This document shows, in pieces, positions 25,827 to 37,477 of a DNA stretch of 64,000 nt. Positions within the stretch are counted from its first letter, which is position 1, and each line of letters begins with the position of its first letter. Both the position numbers and the translations under genes were made by a program. Source of the DNA: Camelus ferus (Eukaryota); NCBI RefSeq assembly GCF_009834535.1, contig NC_045697.1:47432001-47496000 (forward strand), read 5' to 3'. Below the pieces are notes generated by a model. That model made no database searches. It worked only from the letters and a program-made list of their open reading frames with translations, and was not told the DNA's origin.

Positions 25827-26169
25827 CTGCCACAAAGGAACCGACAAGGAGTTCAGCTGTGCCTCAGAGTCCCCGGCTCCGCTCCCCTAGAGCATCGCGG
25901 GAAAAGAGCAGCCAAGTCCGGGGCAGAGCACTGGATGAAATCGCTGGGTCCTCTCGCCCAGCCTTCCTGCTGTATCACCTCTTCCCATTCCCCATCTGTA
26001 CACTGGGGCTCATTTACTGTGTAGGGACACGGAAGGCAAGGCGGCTCCCACCATGCGTGACTGTAGAAAACGTGTAGGTAACTATTCATATCCTGTCCTA
26101 TTAACGCACTTAGGACAGCCAGAGCCCTTTGATTGCTCAGCTCCCCTTGTATTTGTGATATTTATTTAT

Positions 26170-26400
26170 CTTTGAACTTGGAGTGTGAAGTTCTGGCCTC
26201 AAGTCCTGGTCCTCTTCCAAGCTGGGTTAGGCTACGAGACTTCACACACATCAGATTCCTCATCAGCTACAGAACAATAATAATACTCCTATTTCACACT
26301 TACTGGGAGGAGTAAAGCAGACAATGGGTAGTGAAGGCACTAAGCATATTTCAAAGCACCGAGCAAATAAGGATAATAAGACATTATCCTCATTACCATC
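26170..26400 (+). mobile_element. MIR SINE
   Basis: tcagattcctcatcagct...aataataatactcctatttcac...gggaggagtaaa. Confidence 0.6.
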
Positions 26401-27340
26401 ACCGTATTACTGGTACAATCAAAACTGACATAGGATCTCAGTGTACTGAATAATGGCATTTGAATTCAGCGAAAGTTACATTACGAACAAGCTAGACTGA
26501 ATTTTGCCTTTCTATTTGACTAAATCCTTTAAGCCATTAAGATGGCTAGATCTATAATGTGAATTAATTTAGCCTGGTACAAAATAGAGAAATTAACTTA
26601 TATGCATACAATTGTGAACTTACAGGGATTTATTCTAGTTTTACTTTGTCTTAAAAAAATGAGGACAAAACCCTCATATGGAACCAGGGCTTCAGGTTTG
26701 CCCAAACTGAAAAGGCAGGCAGTGGGCCCAGACTGCACTTCGTTTAAACAGAGACAGCTAAAACCTGTACAAGGGGTCCCAAACCTCTGGGGACACACAA
26801 ATCTGAAAAACCCATAATTTCCATCAACAGAAAATTATGATTCCACATCTAATCAATTAATCAAAGTAAGTTTAATTAAGCTCCCTATTTTAAGATGCTC
26901 CCAACTAAATGAAACACTCATAGGTCTCCATTTAGGTCTAGGACACACTGCCTTTGTTTTTCCCTGAAAAACACAAGTACAAGCTCTTTCTTCTTATTTT
27001 GCTGAAAGATTTCTTAGCTTATCTGATCTTCTCTAATTCCTTATTTAAATTTGTCACAAGAAGACTTGGTCCAGCTGAAATGCCTCAAAGAGAGAGCCTA
27101 CTTCTCTTTACAGAGATTTATGATGTTGTAAGAATAATGAAACTACTTTGAGTTTAAAACATTTAATAAATACCTAGTAAGTGCCAGGGATTATGTCCTA
27201 CATAAAAGATGACACACATAGGGCATCCTGCCACAAGGGCGCTTTCTACTTATGTCCTCCTTTCCCTTTTGCTTTCACTTTTATTTTTCATTTACACCCT
27301 GGTGCTAATTACCATTGTTGTACCATAGAGAGGTACAAAT

Positions 27341-27380
27341 GTATATGTGTGTACATGTGTGTATGCGTACGTGTGTGTGT

Positions 27381-27412
<32 letters not shown>
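27341..27412. repeat. Compound (TG)n microsatellite; pure (GT)15 at 27383-27412
   Basis: Direct reading. Confidence 0.9.
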
Positions 27413-27414
<2 letters not shown>

Positions 27415-27760
27415 CTACCCCAGGACCCCTCTCTGCACTCCTACCAACTCATAGGACTGTCCACTGATTGTCTCTAAAGCAACTCACACTCAACACATCC
27501 AAAGCAGTGTCAAGGTCACCCCCTCGACAAACCTGCTTCTCTTTGGTGTCCTTTCCCGGTGAGGGGCATCACCACCCATCCCTCCTTTCTGCCCTGCTCT
27601 ATACTCCACGGCTGCATCCTATCAGTTCTCATCATCTGTTGAATCCACCCACTTGTCTCCACCGTCACATTATAAACGAAGCTCAAGCTCCCATCACCTC
27701 TCACCCAGCCTGTTCCCAGAGCTTCCCAGCTGGTCTCCTACTCCCTCCCCTCCCTTCAGG
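27413..27760 (+). mobile_element. L2 fragment
   Basis: ctcacactcaacacatccaaa, ggcatcaccacccatcc, catcacctctcacc motifs of the L2 body. Confidence 0.6.
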
Positions 27761-28089
27761 TAGAGGGAAGGGGGAGGAAGGGTCAGGGTACCAAAGGCTG
27801 AGCAGTCAACATGCTGCCCTGGAGACTTTTCTTGGTCCTGAGGCAAAATGTAAAGACCAAGAAGCTAGAAGCTCAACAGCAGTTCAAACTTCAGTGGAGA
27901 TTAGACAGACTGTGAAGAGCAAAGCACTGTGGGAAGGTGACACAGAACAATTACTGGAGGAAGGGTGCCAATGGATAGGGTGGTGGAGTAAAGAAGTGCA
28001 AAGGTGTCACAGCCACCGACAAGCATGTCCCAGCCCTGGCTGGGGCCCACTGGGAGCTTCAGGAAGCCGAGGCCCCTGTGCCCACCTAC

Positions 28090-28258
28090 CTGGCCAGCAT
28101 ACTCCACGTAGTCCTGCTGCCCAGGCCGGGAGCTGAGCCTGGAGCCGGAGCTGGCGGTGCCCGGCTCCGTGCGGCACAGGACGATGGCATACTGGTTTAG
28201 GTTCCCGGTCCTCTGCACGGTGACGCTGACTGATCCCGCTTTCTCACTGACATTGTAG
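28090..28258 (-). CDS. FRAS1: FRAS1 window exon 16/27 (169 nt), Calx-beta 1 N-half
   Basis: ccag|C...CAG|gtaggt; YNVSEKAGSVSVTVQRTGNLNQYAIVLCRTEPGTASSGSRLSSRPGQQDYVEYAGQ; phase 2 to 0. Confidence 0.96.
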
Positions 28259-29139
28259 CTGGAAGCACATAAAAAGGCAGTCTCTGACATTCTGACAGGG
28301 CTGTGAAGAATCCATGTGTTTAATGCCTGTCTCTTCTGGTTGGTTATTGGTGTCAGACAGTTCAGAGAAGAGGTAATTTGGTTCCTTTAAGATGTCAGGT
28401 TGTGTACATTGAGGGGATGTGTTCACCTGGGGCAGGCCCAGAACCAGGTGACCAAGGAAACTGTGGATGCAGAATGATATCTGCCCCATTTTCAGACAGA
28501 GTTGAAAGTCATTCAGAAGATGGACAGCACACAGGAGCTGTGCACTCCATAATTCAGAACACAGGGAAACGACCAGCAATCTCTTCTAAGTGTGGTTAAG
28601 TAATTAGAATAGGTTAGTGGGTCCTCCAAGTGTGCGAAGAGTAGAATGGCCTACATCCGGGGCACATGAAGTCAAGTTTGCCTGGTATCCTTTTTCCCCC
28701 CAAATTGCAATTTTCATCTGAATTATGAAGTTGTTTTCACTGAAGAGTAAGTCTCTGAAACGTAGACCTAAAGAATTATTTCCCCCACAAAATTCATAAT
28801 CCTAGTTATAATTTAATCTATAAAATCAGCACTGTGCTTTACCGATTGGCGCCTCTCTGCCTCCTGAACTCCCCCACAGACTACAAAAGCATCCTGAAGA
28901 GCTGACTACATTAAGCTATGAGTCTGTCACAAAAGATACGTGATTCTGTGAAGACCAAAGGAGCCAGGGGGAGGATCTGAGCTTGAGAACAGGGAGAGTG
29001 TAGACAGAAGGTGAAGACTTCATTATTGTGGGCCAGGGACTATTTTTAGAAACTGAATGCATGTGTTTTCCCCATTGGTTCTGCTGGATTATCTTTTAAA
29101 CTTAAAGACAGAAGCAAAAATACTTGCAGGAGAAGCAGC

Positions 29140-29400
29140 AAAGCACAATGGGTAAGACCACTGGGCTTGAATCCTGGTTTTACTGCTTTTTAGCTATGTG
29201 ACTTCCACTAAGTTACTGAATCTCTTTCTGTCTCTATCGCTTTGTTGTTGTGGCGGCAACAACGGGTCCCATCTCACAGCTGCAAGTGTTAAACAAGATG
29301 ACGTGCGTCAAGCGCCCAGTGCAGTGCCTGGTTACACGCACTAGGAAGAGTCAAGAGATGCTTGGTGTAATTGTTACTTTTATTACTGTTACCACTGCCA
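29140..29400 (+). mobile_element. MIR SINE
   Basis: gggcttgaatcctgg...tagctatgtgacttcc...aagttactgaatctct...cagtgcctgg. Confidence 0.7.
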
Positions 29401-29505
29401 TCATCGCCAGATGATTAGTGCTGACCCCCAGAGAGCTCCGTCCTGACTCCCCCTGCTTGCCTGACTCATTCATTTCTCAAGAAGGAACACCAGTAGCACT
29501 TGTAC

Positions 29506-29665
29506 CTGGTATGTTTAAAGCTGATGAGGGACCACTGGATATGGAAGATATTGTCGCCGACCACATTGGGTTTGCTGTCTTTCACCAGAAACTGAAAATT
29601 ATCCATCATCTCATGGCTTTTCTCCTCATGCAGCACGTAACGAATCAACCCCAAGTTCACGTCCT
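29506..29665 (-). CDS. FRAS1: FRAS1 window exon 15/27 (160 nt), end of the last CSPG repeat
   Basis: tcag|AG...CCAG|gtacaa; DVNLGLIRYVLHEEKSHEMMDNFQFLVKDSKPNVVGDNIFHIQWSLISFKHT(S); phase 1 to 2. Confidence 0.96.
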
Positions 29666-30142
29666 CTGAAGGAAAAAGAGACACTGAATTAACCTGGGGA
29701 TGTAAAGGCAGCCTCATAGATTCCTACCGACACATCCAGTTTATTCTTCTCATGGGCTACAGACAAAACTCATTTTCCTAAGAACACAAAGGTTAGTAGT
29801 CATAAAAAGAAATGTTTCTGCCAGATTTTCAAATAAGATCCGGTACTTCTGTGTAACAAAAGATCTGTTTTTATGTATAGGAAGTACCCAGATGCTGTTG
29901 TGAAATGAGAATCCCAGGATCTTGGCAAAAAAGCACTTTAATAAATGTCTGTGGAATGTTAAAGGCAAATCTTAGAGCTGGTAGAGAAAAAGTCTTTGAC
30001 CCCAACTGCTGTGCATATATATGCTCATACCTGCCCCTACTTCCTTCTAAATAAAGGTTCTTTGGAAGGTATGTGCTACTAAGAAAAGCTGGGATTGGAT
30101 AAAACAGGCCTTACCCAAGACACAGATAAAATGGGGCTAGGA

Positions 30143-30612
30143 TAAAAAAGAACAAAATAATGCCATTTGCAGCAATATGGATGGACCTAGAGATTGTCAT
30201 TCTAAGTGAAGTAAGCCAGAAAGAGAAAGAAAAATACCATATGATATCACTAATATGTGGAATCTAAAAAAAAAAAAAAAAAAAAAAAAAGACACTGTGA
30301 ACTCATCTGCAAAACAGAAACAGTCTCTTAGACGTAGTAAACAATCTTATGGTTACCAGGGAAAAGGAGTGGGAGGGGGTAAATTTGGGGGTTTGATATT
30401 TACAAATGTTAGCCACTATATGTAAAAATAGGTTTTAAAAAGTTTCTTTTGTGTAGCACAGGGAACTATGCTCAATATCTTGTAATAACCTTTAATGGAA
30501 AAATATGAAAATGATTATATGTATGTATATGCATGACTGGGACATTGTGCTGTACACCAGAAACCGACACATTATAATTAACTGTATTTCAATAAAAAAA
30601 TTTTTGCTTTTA
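30143..30612 (+). mobile_element. 5'-truncated, relatively young L1 (ORF2 end plus 3'UTR) with a perfect 15-bp TSD
   Basis: aataatgccatttgcagcaatatggatggacctagag...aagtgaagtaagccag; TSD aaaatggggctagga at 30128-30142 and 30613-30627. Confidence 0.92.
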
Positions 30613-31243
30613 AAAATGGGGCTAGGAGAGAACACCAGATTGAGGACAGGGAGAAAAAGGAAACATGGCACATGAACTGTAAGATGCAGCTGTGCCGTGA
30701 CTACTCCCAATCGGGTCCATCCTCCAAAGAAGTCTAGAAGACTCTGACAAGCTTGTAAGAAACTAAGATGGTTGGCTTGAGGCAATTTAAAACAGGATAC
30801 TATTTCTGCTGAGTAATCTACTTGTGTTGAGTTTTTCTTTTGCTGAAGACTTAAAAAAAGTCCATAACCCTTAGAGAAAAAAAATAAACCATACAGGATC
30901 ACAGATCTTTCATAAAGTCTGGTGGTTGTTTTCATTTTTAAAGAAAAGCCAAGAGTATCATGCGATCCTTTCTTGAAAACTTGGCCAAAACCTAAAGCAA
31001 TTTGGAAGCTGAGGAAGCATGGTAAAGATAAATTTGGGGGGGGTTCATAATTCAGAGTAATAGGGAAAAAAATCAGGAGAAGTAAAATTCTAAAGTTGAG
31101 TGGCTAGAAATTAAAAGATCTGTTTGTTGGTAAACAGGTTAGTTGGGGGCATGTAGCTGGCAGTGGTTGTGAGAAAGACCAGGAAGGAGGGAGAGTGGCG
31201 TTAGAATAGACTCCTCCCACTTCTCAGTGCCCCAAGAGCCCAC

Positions 31244-31394
31244 CCTGCGTGAAGGTCACAGCCACTCTGCCAGGCTGCAGCTTGTTCTCCACGTGGCCAT
31301 GCTTGGGGCCTGCAGTTATCTCATAGACCAGCTGTGGGTTCTCCGTGTCCGGGTCCATGGTCAGCAGTTCCTTCTTGGTGATCAAGTTGGTTGC
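31244..31394 (-). CDS. FRAS1: FRAS1 window exon 14/27 (151 nt; not in the ORF track)
   Basis: ccag|GCA...CAGG|gtgggc; ATNLITKKELLTMDPDTENPQLVYEITAGPKHGHVENKLQPGRVAVTFTQ(E); phase 0 to 1. Confidence 0.95.
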
Positions 31395-33123
31395 CTGGAA
31401 TAGAAACCCATTAAATTTAATTCCTGAGATGGGAATAAAGTGGGAACAAGACCCTCTGACTCAGATTTAATTCAGTTCGACAATGATTTACTGAGTGCAT
31501 TTACTGCCTGGAAAACTTTGTCAGGATTGAAGAGGGCCTAAGGATGGAAACCATCCCAGCCTCTGCCCTAGATGTGTTCACACTCTACTGGTAAAGAAAA
31601 GCTCATGAGCAAAGTAACTGTGGCAAGAGCTATGATGGGAGATACAGAAAGAGTGGTACACACTTTGGGGAGCAGGAGTGATTCATTCCATTCCGACTGC
31701 GGGAGGGAGGATTTGATATGGTGGGATTTGAGTTTGGCCTTGAAAGAAGGTTGGAACTTTGAAAGAATGATACAATACAGGGGAGATGGCCACTTTATAC
31801 CTTACAGGAGTCGATTACAATGCTTGGAACTGAGTCAGGTAAATACATGATATCCCAATATTGCCCAGATGTAGTGACTAACTTTTAATTCACTCGTTTA
31901 TTCACCCAACAAGTATTTAGTGAGAGCAAAGGTTTGAGAGAAAAGAATGCATGGTCAACAGTATTAAATGTTACTAGAGCTAGTAAAATAAGGGCATGTA
32001 AGTGATCTTTGGCTTTGGTGAAATCGAGGTCACTGGTGACTTTGATCAGAGTCACTGTGGCAGGGTAAGGGTGGGAGGTGGAACACCAGTTGGAGAGCGT
32101 CAAGAAGAGAATGGCTTGGTTCTGAGGATGGAGAAAAATATCAACTAGGTCATGAGAGGAAGCTGTACTAATTTTGTTTCATACATTTAGAAACTCCCAA
32201 CGAGTTTAGTGGAAATCTATGTCACACCATTGCTACATATACAACCAACCAACCAGCTCCACAGAGATGAGAAAATCCACAACCTGGAGGAAATAGCACA
32301 CACAAAAGTAAGAAATCAGTTCCCAAACTGAAATGAAGAACTGTGAGTGTCTGGGTGGAGATGGGGATTTAATGCTTGACATGTTAGCAGGTGAGAATTA
32401 CAGTCTATCTTAACACAACCAAATTGGAAGTTAGAAAAAGGAGAAAGAAATTTCTAAATTTCTAGAATTCCTCTGAGGACACTCACCTACCAAAAAAACT
32501 CACTTCCTTTCCATCTATGGCAAATTCCAGATGTTTCCCCAAATCCATCCTCCTCTTCTAGTTAACAACCTTTCAGTGGAGCCCCTCGCTGCCCAGCTAG
32601 AGACTTCCAAGCAACGGATGGGGCCAGATGACCAATTTCTTTCCCAAAGAATATGAATGCAAGTGTCACGTTTAAATTCTGTATCACTCGCTTGAAATGA
32701 AGTTCCTTGCCCTCCACTTCTCTGTTTTCCTCCTCCCAAGGGCTGGAATATTGATGAATAGCTGAAGAGTTTTTGCTCTGCTGTGAACGGCACCAACCCA
32801 GTGATGGCAGAAGAATAGACAGAAGAAATCTGCATCTTTGAATGGTCACGTGGAGCCCTAGACTCCCACTTGCTTCCACCCTTTAAATATGAGGGAAAAA
32901 CACTTCTATCTTGTTTGAGCTAGTATATGTGGGGCATCCCTTTGTAAGAATATCTTAAACTATAACACAATTCTAACCAAACTCATGGAGCTCAGCAATC
33001 TTAGGAAATCAGCTCACTTAGAGAGGGATAAACATGAACTGAACTGGAGTCCTAGTCCTACTGTTATAGACAGGATACAGCCCAAGTCGTGAGTGGTGAC
33101 TGTGGCAGATGGAAGGGCCTTAC

Positions 33124-33237
33124 CCTGCCATCCATATACTCCAGCCATTGGAGCCCCACGTTGGTAACAATTCGCGGGACGCCATCATCGACTGGGAGGA
33201 CGTCTACCTGGAACTGCTGAGGGGCTGCTGTCATAAC
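33124..33237 (-). CDS. FRAS1: FRAS1 window exon 13/27 (114 nt)
   Basis: acag|GTT...AGG|gtaagg; VMTAAPQQFQVDVLPVDDGVPRIVTNVGLQWLEYMDGR; phase 0 to 0. Confidence 0.96.
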
Positions 33238-33676
33238 CTGTGATGAAAGCAAAACAGAGAGCTCATCATGCACACATATCTGAGCTATGTCAGGTCTAGG
33301 ACCCACAAAGCTGGAACCTCTGAAATCTGTTGACGCATCAGAATGGGCAACTGAGCAAGTTTCCATCACTTATCACCACTTGGCATGAGGCTTAAGGGAG
33401 AATGCTGACTAAGCAAGAGGGAACAGTACACGAGAAACCGAGACGCAGGTGGCACTCCCGCTGGGATTTCACCAGTGGTGGAGGTTGGTTGTCGCACACC
33501 TTGCCCTTCTTTAGTTGGGGTCAGTATTGCCCTGCGGTGAAGCAACAAACAAAATATTTTCCTTTCAATAACACTTGTTAAAATTTTCATGGTTTTCATC
33601 ATTAAAATGTTAATGTCAAAGTCTCCAGGTAGGATCCTTCCAGATGTGAACAGACGCTTCATGGGAAGACAGTTTC

Positions 33677-33678
<2 letters not shown>

Positions 33679-33718
<40 letters not shown>
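33679..33718. repeat. (TG)20 perfect microsatellite
   Basis: Direct reading. Confidence 0.95.
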
Positions 33719-33721
<3 letters not shown>

Positions 33722-33976
33722 ATTTTTTTTTATTGAGTTATAGCCAGTTTACAATGTTGTGTCAATTTCTGGTGTACAGAACAATTTATCAGTCATACAT
33801 GAATATACATATATTCATTTTCATATTCTTTTTCACTGTGAGCTACTACAAGATTTTGTATATATTTCCCTGTGCTATACAGTATAAACTTGTTCATCTA
33901 TTCTATAAATACCTGTCAGTATCTACAAATCTCAAACTCCCAGTCTCTCTCCCTTTCTACCCACCTCCCCCCTGGC
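33680..33976 (-). mobile_element. 5'-truncated L1 3'UTR with a 13-bp TSD; tail occupied by a (CA)n microsatellite
   Basis: ttttattgag...tttctggtgtacag...ttccctgtgctatacagta; TSD agacagtttcttt at 33667-33679 and 33977-33989. Confidence 0.9.
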
Positions 33977-34949
33977 AGACAGTTTCTTTTTTTAATTTCC
34001 TTTTTTTTTTTTTGAGAGAGAGAGAGAACTGTCTGTATGGGGAAGAGGGCAGAAGAAATTCAGAATAAAAGTGTTTGTGGGAATAATGCAAAGAAATTCC
34101 AGTTTATAATTTCATTCTCACACAGATACACACACACATACATATGCACAGCAAACACGGGGAGTCTGATGTGATCTCCCCATTTCTGAGTGGATACAAG
34201 CTGGCAGACAGCACAGAAAGATGTTGGCTTTTCAACCTTCTACAACATTCCTTCTAGATAATTTCCATTTTCAAAATAACACAGTCCCTCTGGAGACCTG
34301 CTGTGACCTTTTATGTTTATCAGAGGGGTGGCCAGCTTGCTGATTCACCCTGAAATCTTTTTTCTCCTCTGAAAGTCAAACTAATCAGAAAGCAGAGAAC
34401 GGTTTCGGAGAGGGAAAAGGAATGTGATGACCTGCCAGGTGGTGATGCCATGCAGACGCTGAGATGGCAGGGAAATCCCAAGAGCCATCTCACTGACACC
34501 TTGGCCAACTGAGAATGACCTTCTCATGGGCTGTTTGTTTCTAAAGTGTACAGGAGGATCTTGCTGCCAGGAAAAGAATCACTCATCATCAAGGTAGGAA
34601 AAACACTGCAGGACTGAGAAGCTGACCATTTGGTTATTCTGGAAGTGTACAGTAGGGTGGGAGCACGCTGCCCACTAAAACTGCCTCTGCCGAGTCAGAC
34701 AGATGTGTGACATGTAGGGGTGCCCGTGGGTCCTCTGTTCACCAGAGGTGCAGTAATTCCCAGGGGAGGGTTACGGTACTGCAAAAAACTTACTAAAAAT
34801 GATTTAAAATAGTGGAAAGGAAATCCTACAAGTTTCTTTAACACCTGGATATAAAAGGGAGCAATTCTCTTAAGGAAGAGAAGCTTGACAGCTGCACGAC
34901 CTCAGGAGAAAAGCATCTTCACCTGTTTCATAAGCTGGTCCTAAAATGA

Positions 34950-35190
34950 TGACAATGGTGATGATTACAGCCACAATTTGTCGGATGTTTCCTGTGTTTC
35001 CTGTGTAAGGCACTGGGCTAAGTGCTTTGAGTACCTCAGAAGGGTAGATATCATTCCCACTTTACAGATTGGGAAGCTGAGGTTTAGAAGGGTTAAATGA
35101 TTGACAAAGACACTCAGTAAGTGACAGGGGTAAAATTTAAATCAGTGTCTTTTGGAGGCAAAAGCTGTACTCTTAACCACTGTAACTCTT
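34950..35190 (-). mobile_element. MIR SINE
   Basis: cccactttacagattgggaagctgaggtttagaagggttaaatgattg. Confidence 0.75.
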
Positions 35191-35309
35191 CGTGAGACTG
35201 AGAAACTCTGGCTGGCTCAGGACACAATCTAGAACCATGTGATAGTATTAAAAAACCCAGAAGAAAGAAAAATTAAAGGTGAGTGAAAAGGAAAAGAGAA
35301 ATAACAGCA

Positions 35310-35510
35310 GTAATAACAACAATAATTATCATCACTGTTAAGGACTTTATATGGATTACCTCCTTTGATCCTTAGACTAATTAAAGCCAGTGGTTGTTAC
35401 TGCGCCCATTTTACAGCTAAAAAGCTGAGGCTTAAAGAAATTAAGCAATTTGCCCAAGGCCAATTAGTATGCGACAGAATAAAAACTCAAACAATGTTTT
35501 CCTTGGCCTA
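35310..35510 (-). mobile_element. MIR SINE
   Basis: cccattttacagctaaaaagctgaggcttaaagaaattaagcaatttgcccaagg. Confidence 0.75.
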
Positions 35511-35524
35511 AAAATGCCCTGCTC

Positions 35525-36247
35525 TTTCTTGGACATAAATTGCAGTAATAGTTTCTTACTACAGTATCCCAAGGCAAAAGGAATAAAAGCAAAAATAAAC
35601 AAATAGGACCTAATTAGACTTATAAGCTTTTGCACAGCAAAGGAAACCATAAAGAAAATGAAAAGACAGCCTACAACCTACAGAAAAAATATCTGCAAAT
35701 CATGCAACTGATAATGACTTAATTTCCAAGATATACATACAGCTCATGCAACTCAAAATAAAAAAAATAAGCAACCCAATCAAAAAATCGGCAGAAGACC
35801 TAAATAGACATTTCTCCAAAGAAGACATACAGATGGCCAACAGGCACATTGAAAGATGCTCAATGTCACTAATTATTAGAGAAATGTAAATCAAAACTAC
35901 AACGAGGTCTCACCTCACACTGGTCAGAATCGCCATCATCAAAAAGTCTACAAATAATAAATGCTGGAGAGGCTGTGGAAAAAAGGAAACCCTCCTACAT
36001 TGTTGGTAAAGCAGTCTGGAGGTTCCTTAAAAAACTAAAAATAGAATTACCACATGATCCAGCAACCCCACTCCTGGGTGTATATCCAGAAAAGACAAAA
36101 ATTCTAATTCAAAAAGATAAACACACCCCAATGTTCATAGCAGCACTAACTCACAATAACCAAGACACAGAAGCAACATAAATGTCCATTGACAGATGGC
36201 TGGATAAAGAAGATGTGGTATATATGTATATATATGTGTATATATAT

Positions 36248-36278
<31 letters not shown>

Positions 36279-36700
36279 AAATGGAATATTACTCAGCCAT
36301 AAAATGAATAAAATATTGCCATTTGTAGGAACATGGATGGATCTAGAGATTATCATACCAAGTGAATTAAGTCAGGCAGAGAAATACAAATATTATGATA
36401 TCAGATATATGAGGAATCTAAAAAAAATAATACAAATCAACTTACAAAACAGAAACAAACTCACAGACATAGAAAACAAACTTATAGGGGAGCGGGGGTT
36501 GGGGAGGGATAAATTAGGAGTATGGGACTAATAGATACACAACACTATATATAAAATAAACAACAAGGATTTACTGTATAGCACAGAAAACTGTATTCCA
36601 TATCTTGTAATTACCTATAATGGAAAAGACTCTGAAGCTGTATACCTGAAACTAACACAATATTATAAATCAACTACAGTTTAATTAAAAAAAGACAAAA
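35525..36700 (+). mobile_element. L1 3' ~1.2 kb (degenerate ORF2 C-terminus plus 3'UTR) with an internal (TA)n(CA)n repeat at about 36219-36278
   Basis: ORF 35975..36181 ([27 protein letters not shown]) and ORF 36304..36531 (ILPFVGTWMDLEIII) are typical L1 ORF2 C-terminal remnants; A-rich tail at about 36685-36702. Confidence 0.92.
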
Positions 36701-36790
36701 AATCAGTGCCATGTTCTGCATCTGGACAGCCTCTGGCATGCCTCTGGCATGCCTTGCTGTGCCTCCCACCCCTTTGTCTTTGCCCGTCAC

Positions 36791-37018
36791 CTTCTTTCCT
36801 CCTTCCTCAATAATAAAGAAGTGATTTGTCCCGTCAGCAACAGTGAAGGTGAAGCGGTCTTTGAGAGAGTTGCTGCCGTCATGGCTGTAGCGGACTCGGT
36901 TCTGGTAGACGTCCTCCATGGTGAAGGTGGAGCTGGGCTGGAAGGGCAGCCTGTTGGTGGCTCGCTCGATGGTGCCATGGCGTGGGGGCTGCACAACCAT
37001 GAATGTGACAGACTTGGC
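36791..37018 (-). CDS. FRAS1: FRAS1 window exon 12/27 (228 nt)
   Basis: acag|GCC...AAG|gtgacg; AKSVTFMVVQPPRHGTIER...SLKDRFTFTVADGTNHFFIIEEGGKK; phase 0 to 0. Confidence 0.95.
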
Positions 37019-37477
37019 CTGTCAAGGAGGCAATAAGCAAGAGGAGAAGGGAACTGTACAACAGAAGTCGGAGGTGTGAGTGATGGTCAACAGGTGATCA
37101 AGGGTAGCCAAACCTAAAGACATCTATAAAAGGAGGATTGCACCTTCTTTATAGATGCTGAAAATAAAGCTAAGGAGAGAAATTATATTGGTTACTACAA
37201 CTGAACTTATATCCTAGTGTCTTCTGTTTTAAGACTAAGACATTTAAATTTGCCCTTTAAGGGTCATAGGGGAAAACCTAGATTTTTAACCTCTAGGATG
37301 GCAAGAACTAGGCCTTTTAAAATTACTCCTTTCTTTTTCATCCATCCTACCCCTCCACACACATTTTTCCAAAACTCATATATATAGAAGCCCATATACA
37401 TTAGAACAGAAGCTAATTTCCCATTTCTAATGGCTGCTTCTAGGGTGACATGCAGAAGGAAAAATAAAGAGGTAGAA

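Noticed and set aside
27468..28136. 222-aa plus-strand ORF, the longest in the track
   Set aside because: It runs through an L2 remnant and the antisense of a FRAS1 exon, begins at a non-ATG codon, and is low-complexity with no recognisable domain.
35441..36531. ORFs resembling a retrotransposon protein C-terminus
   Set aside because: They are fragmented remnants of a 5'-truncated L1 ORF2 with stops and frameshifts, not an active element or a new gene.
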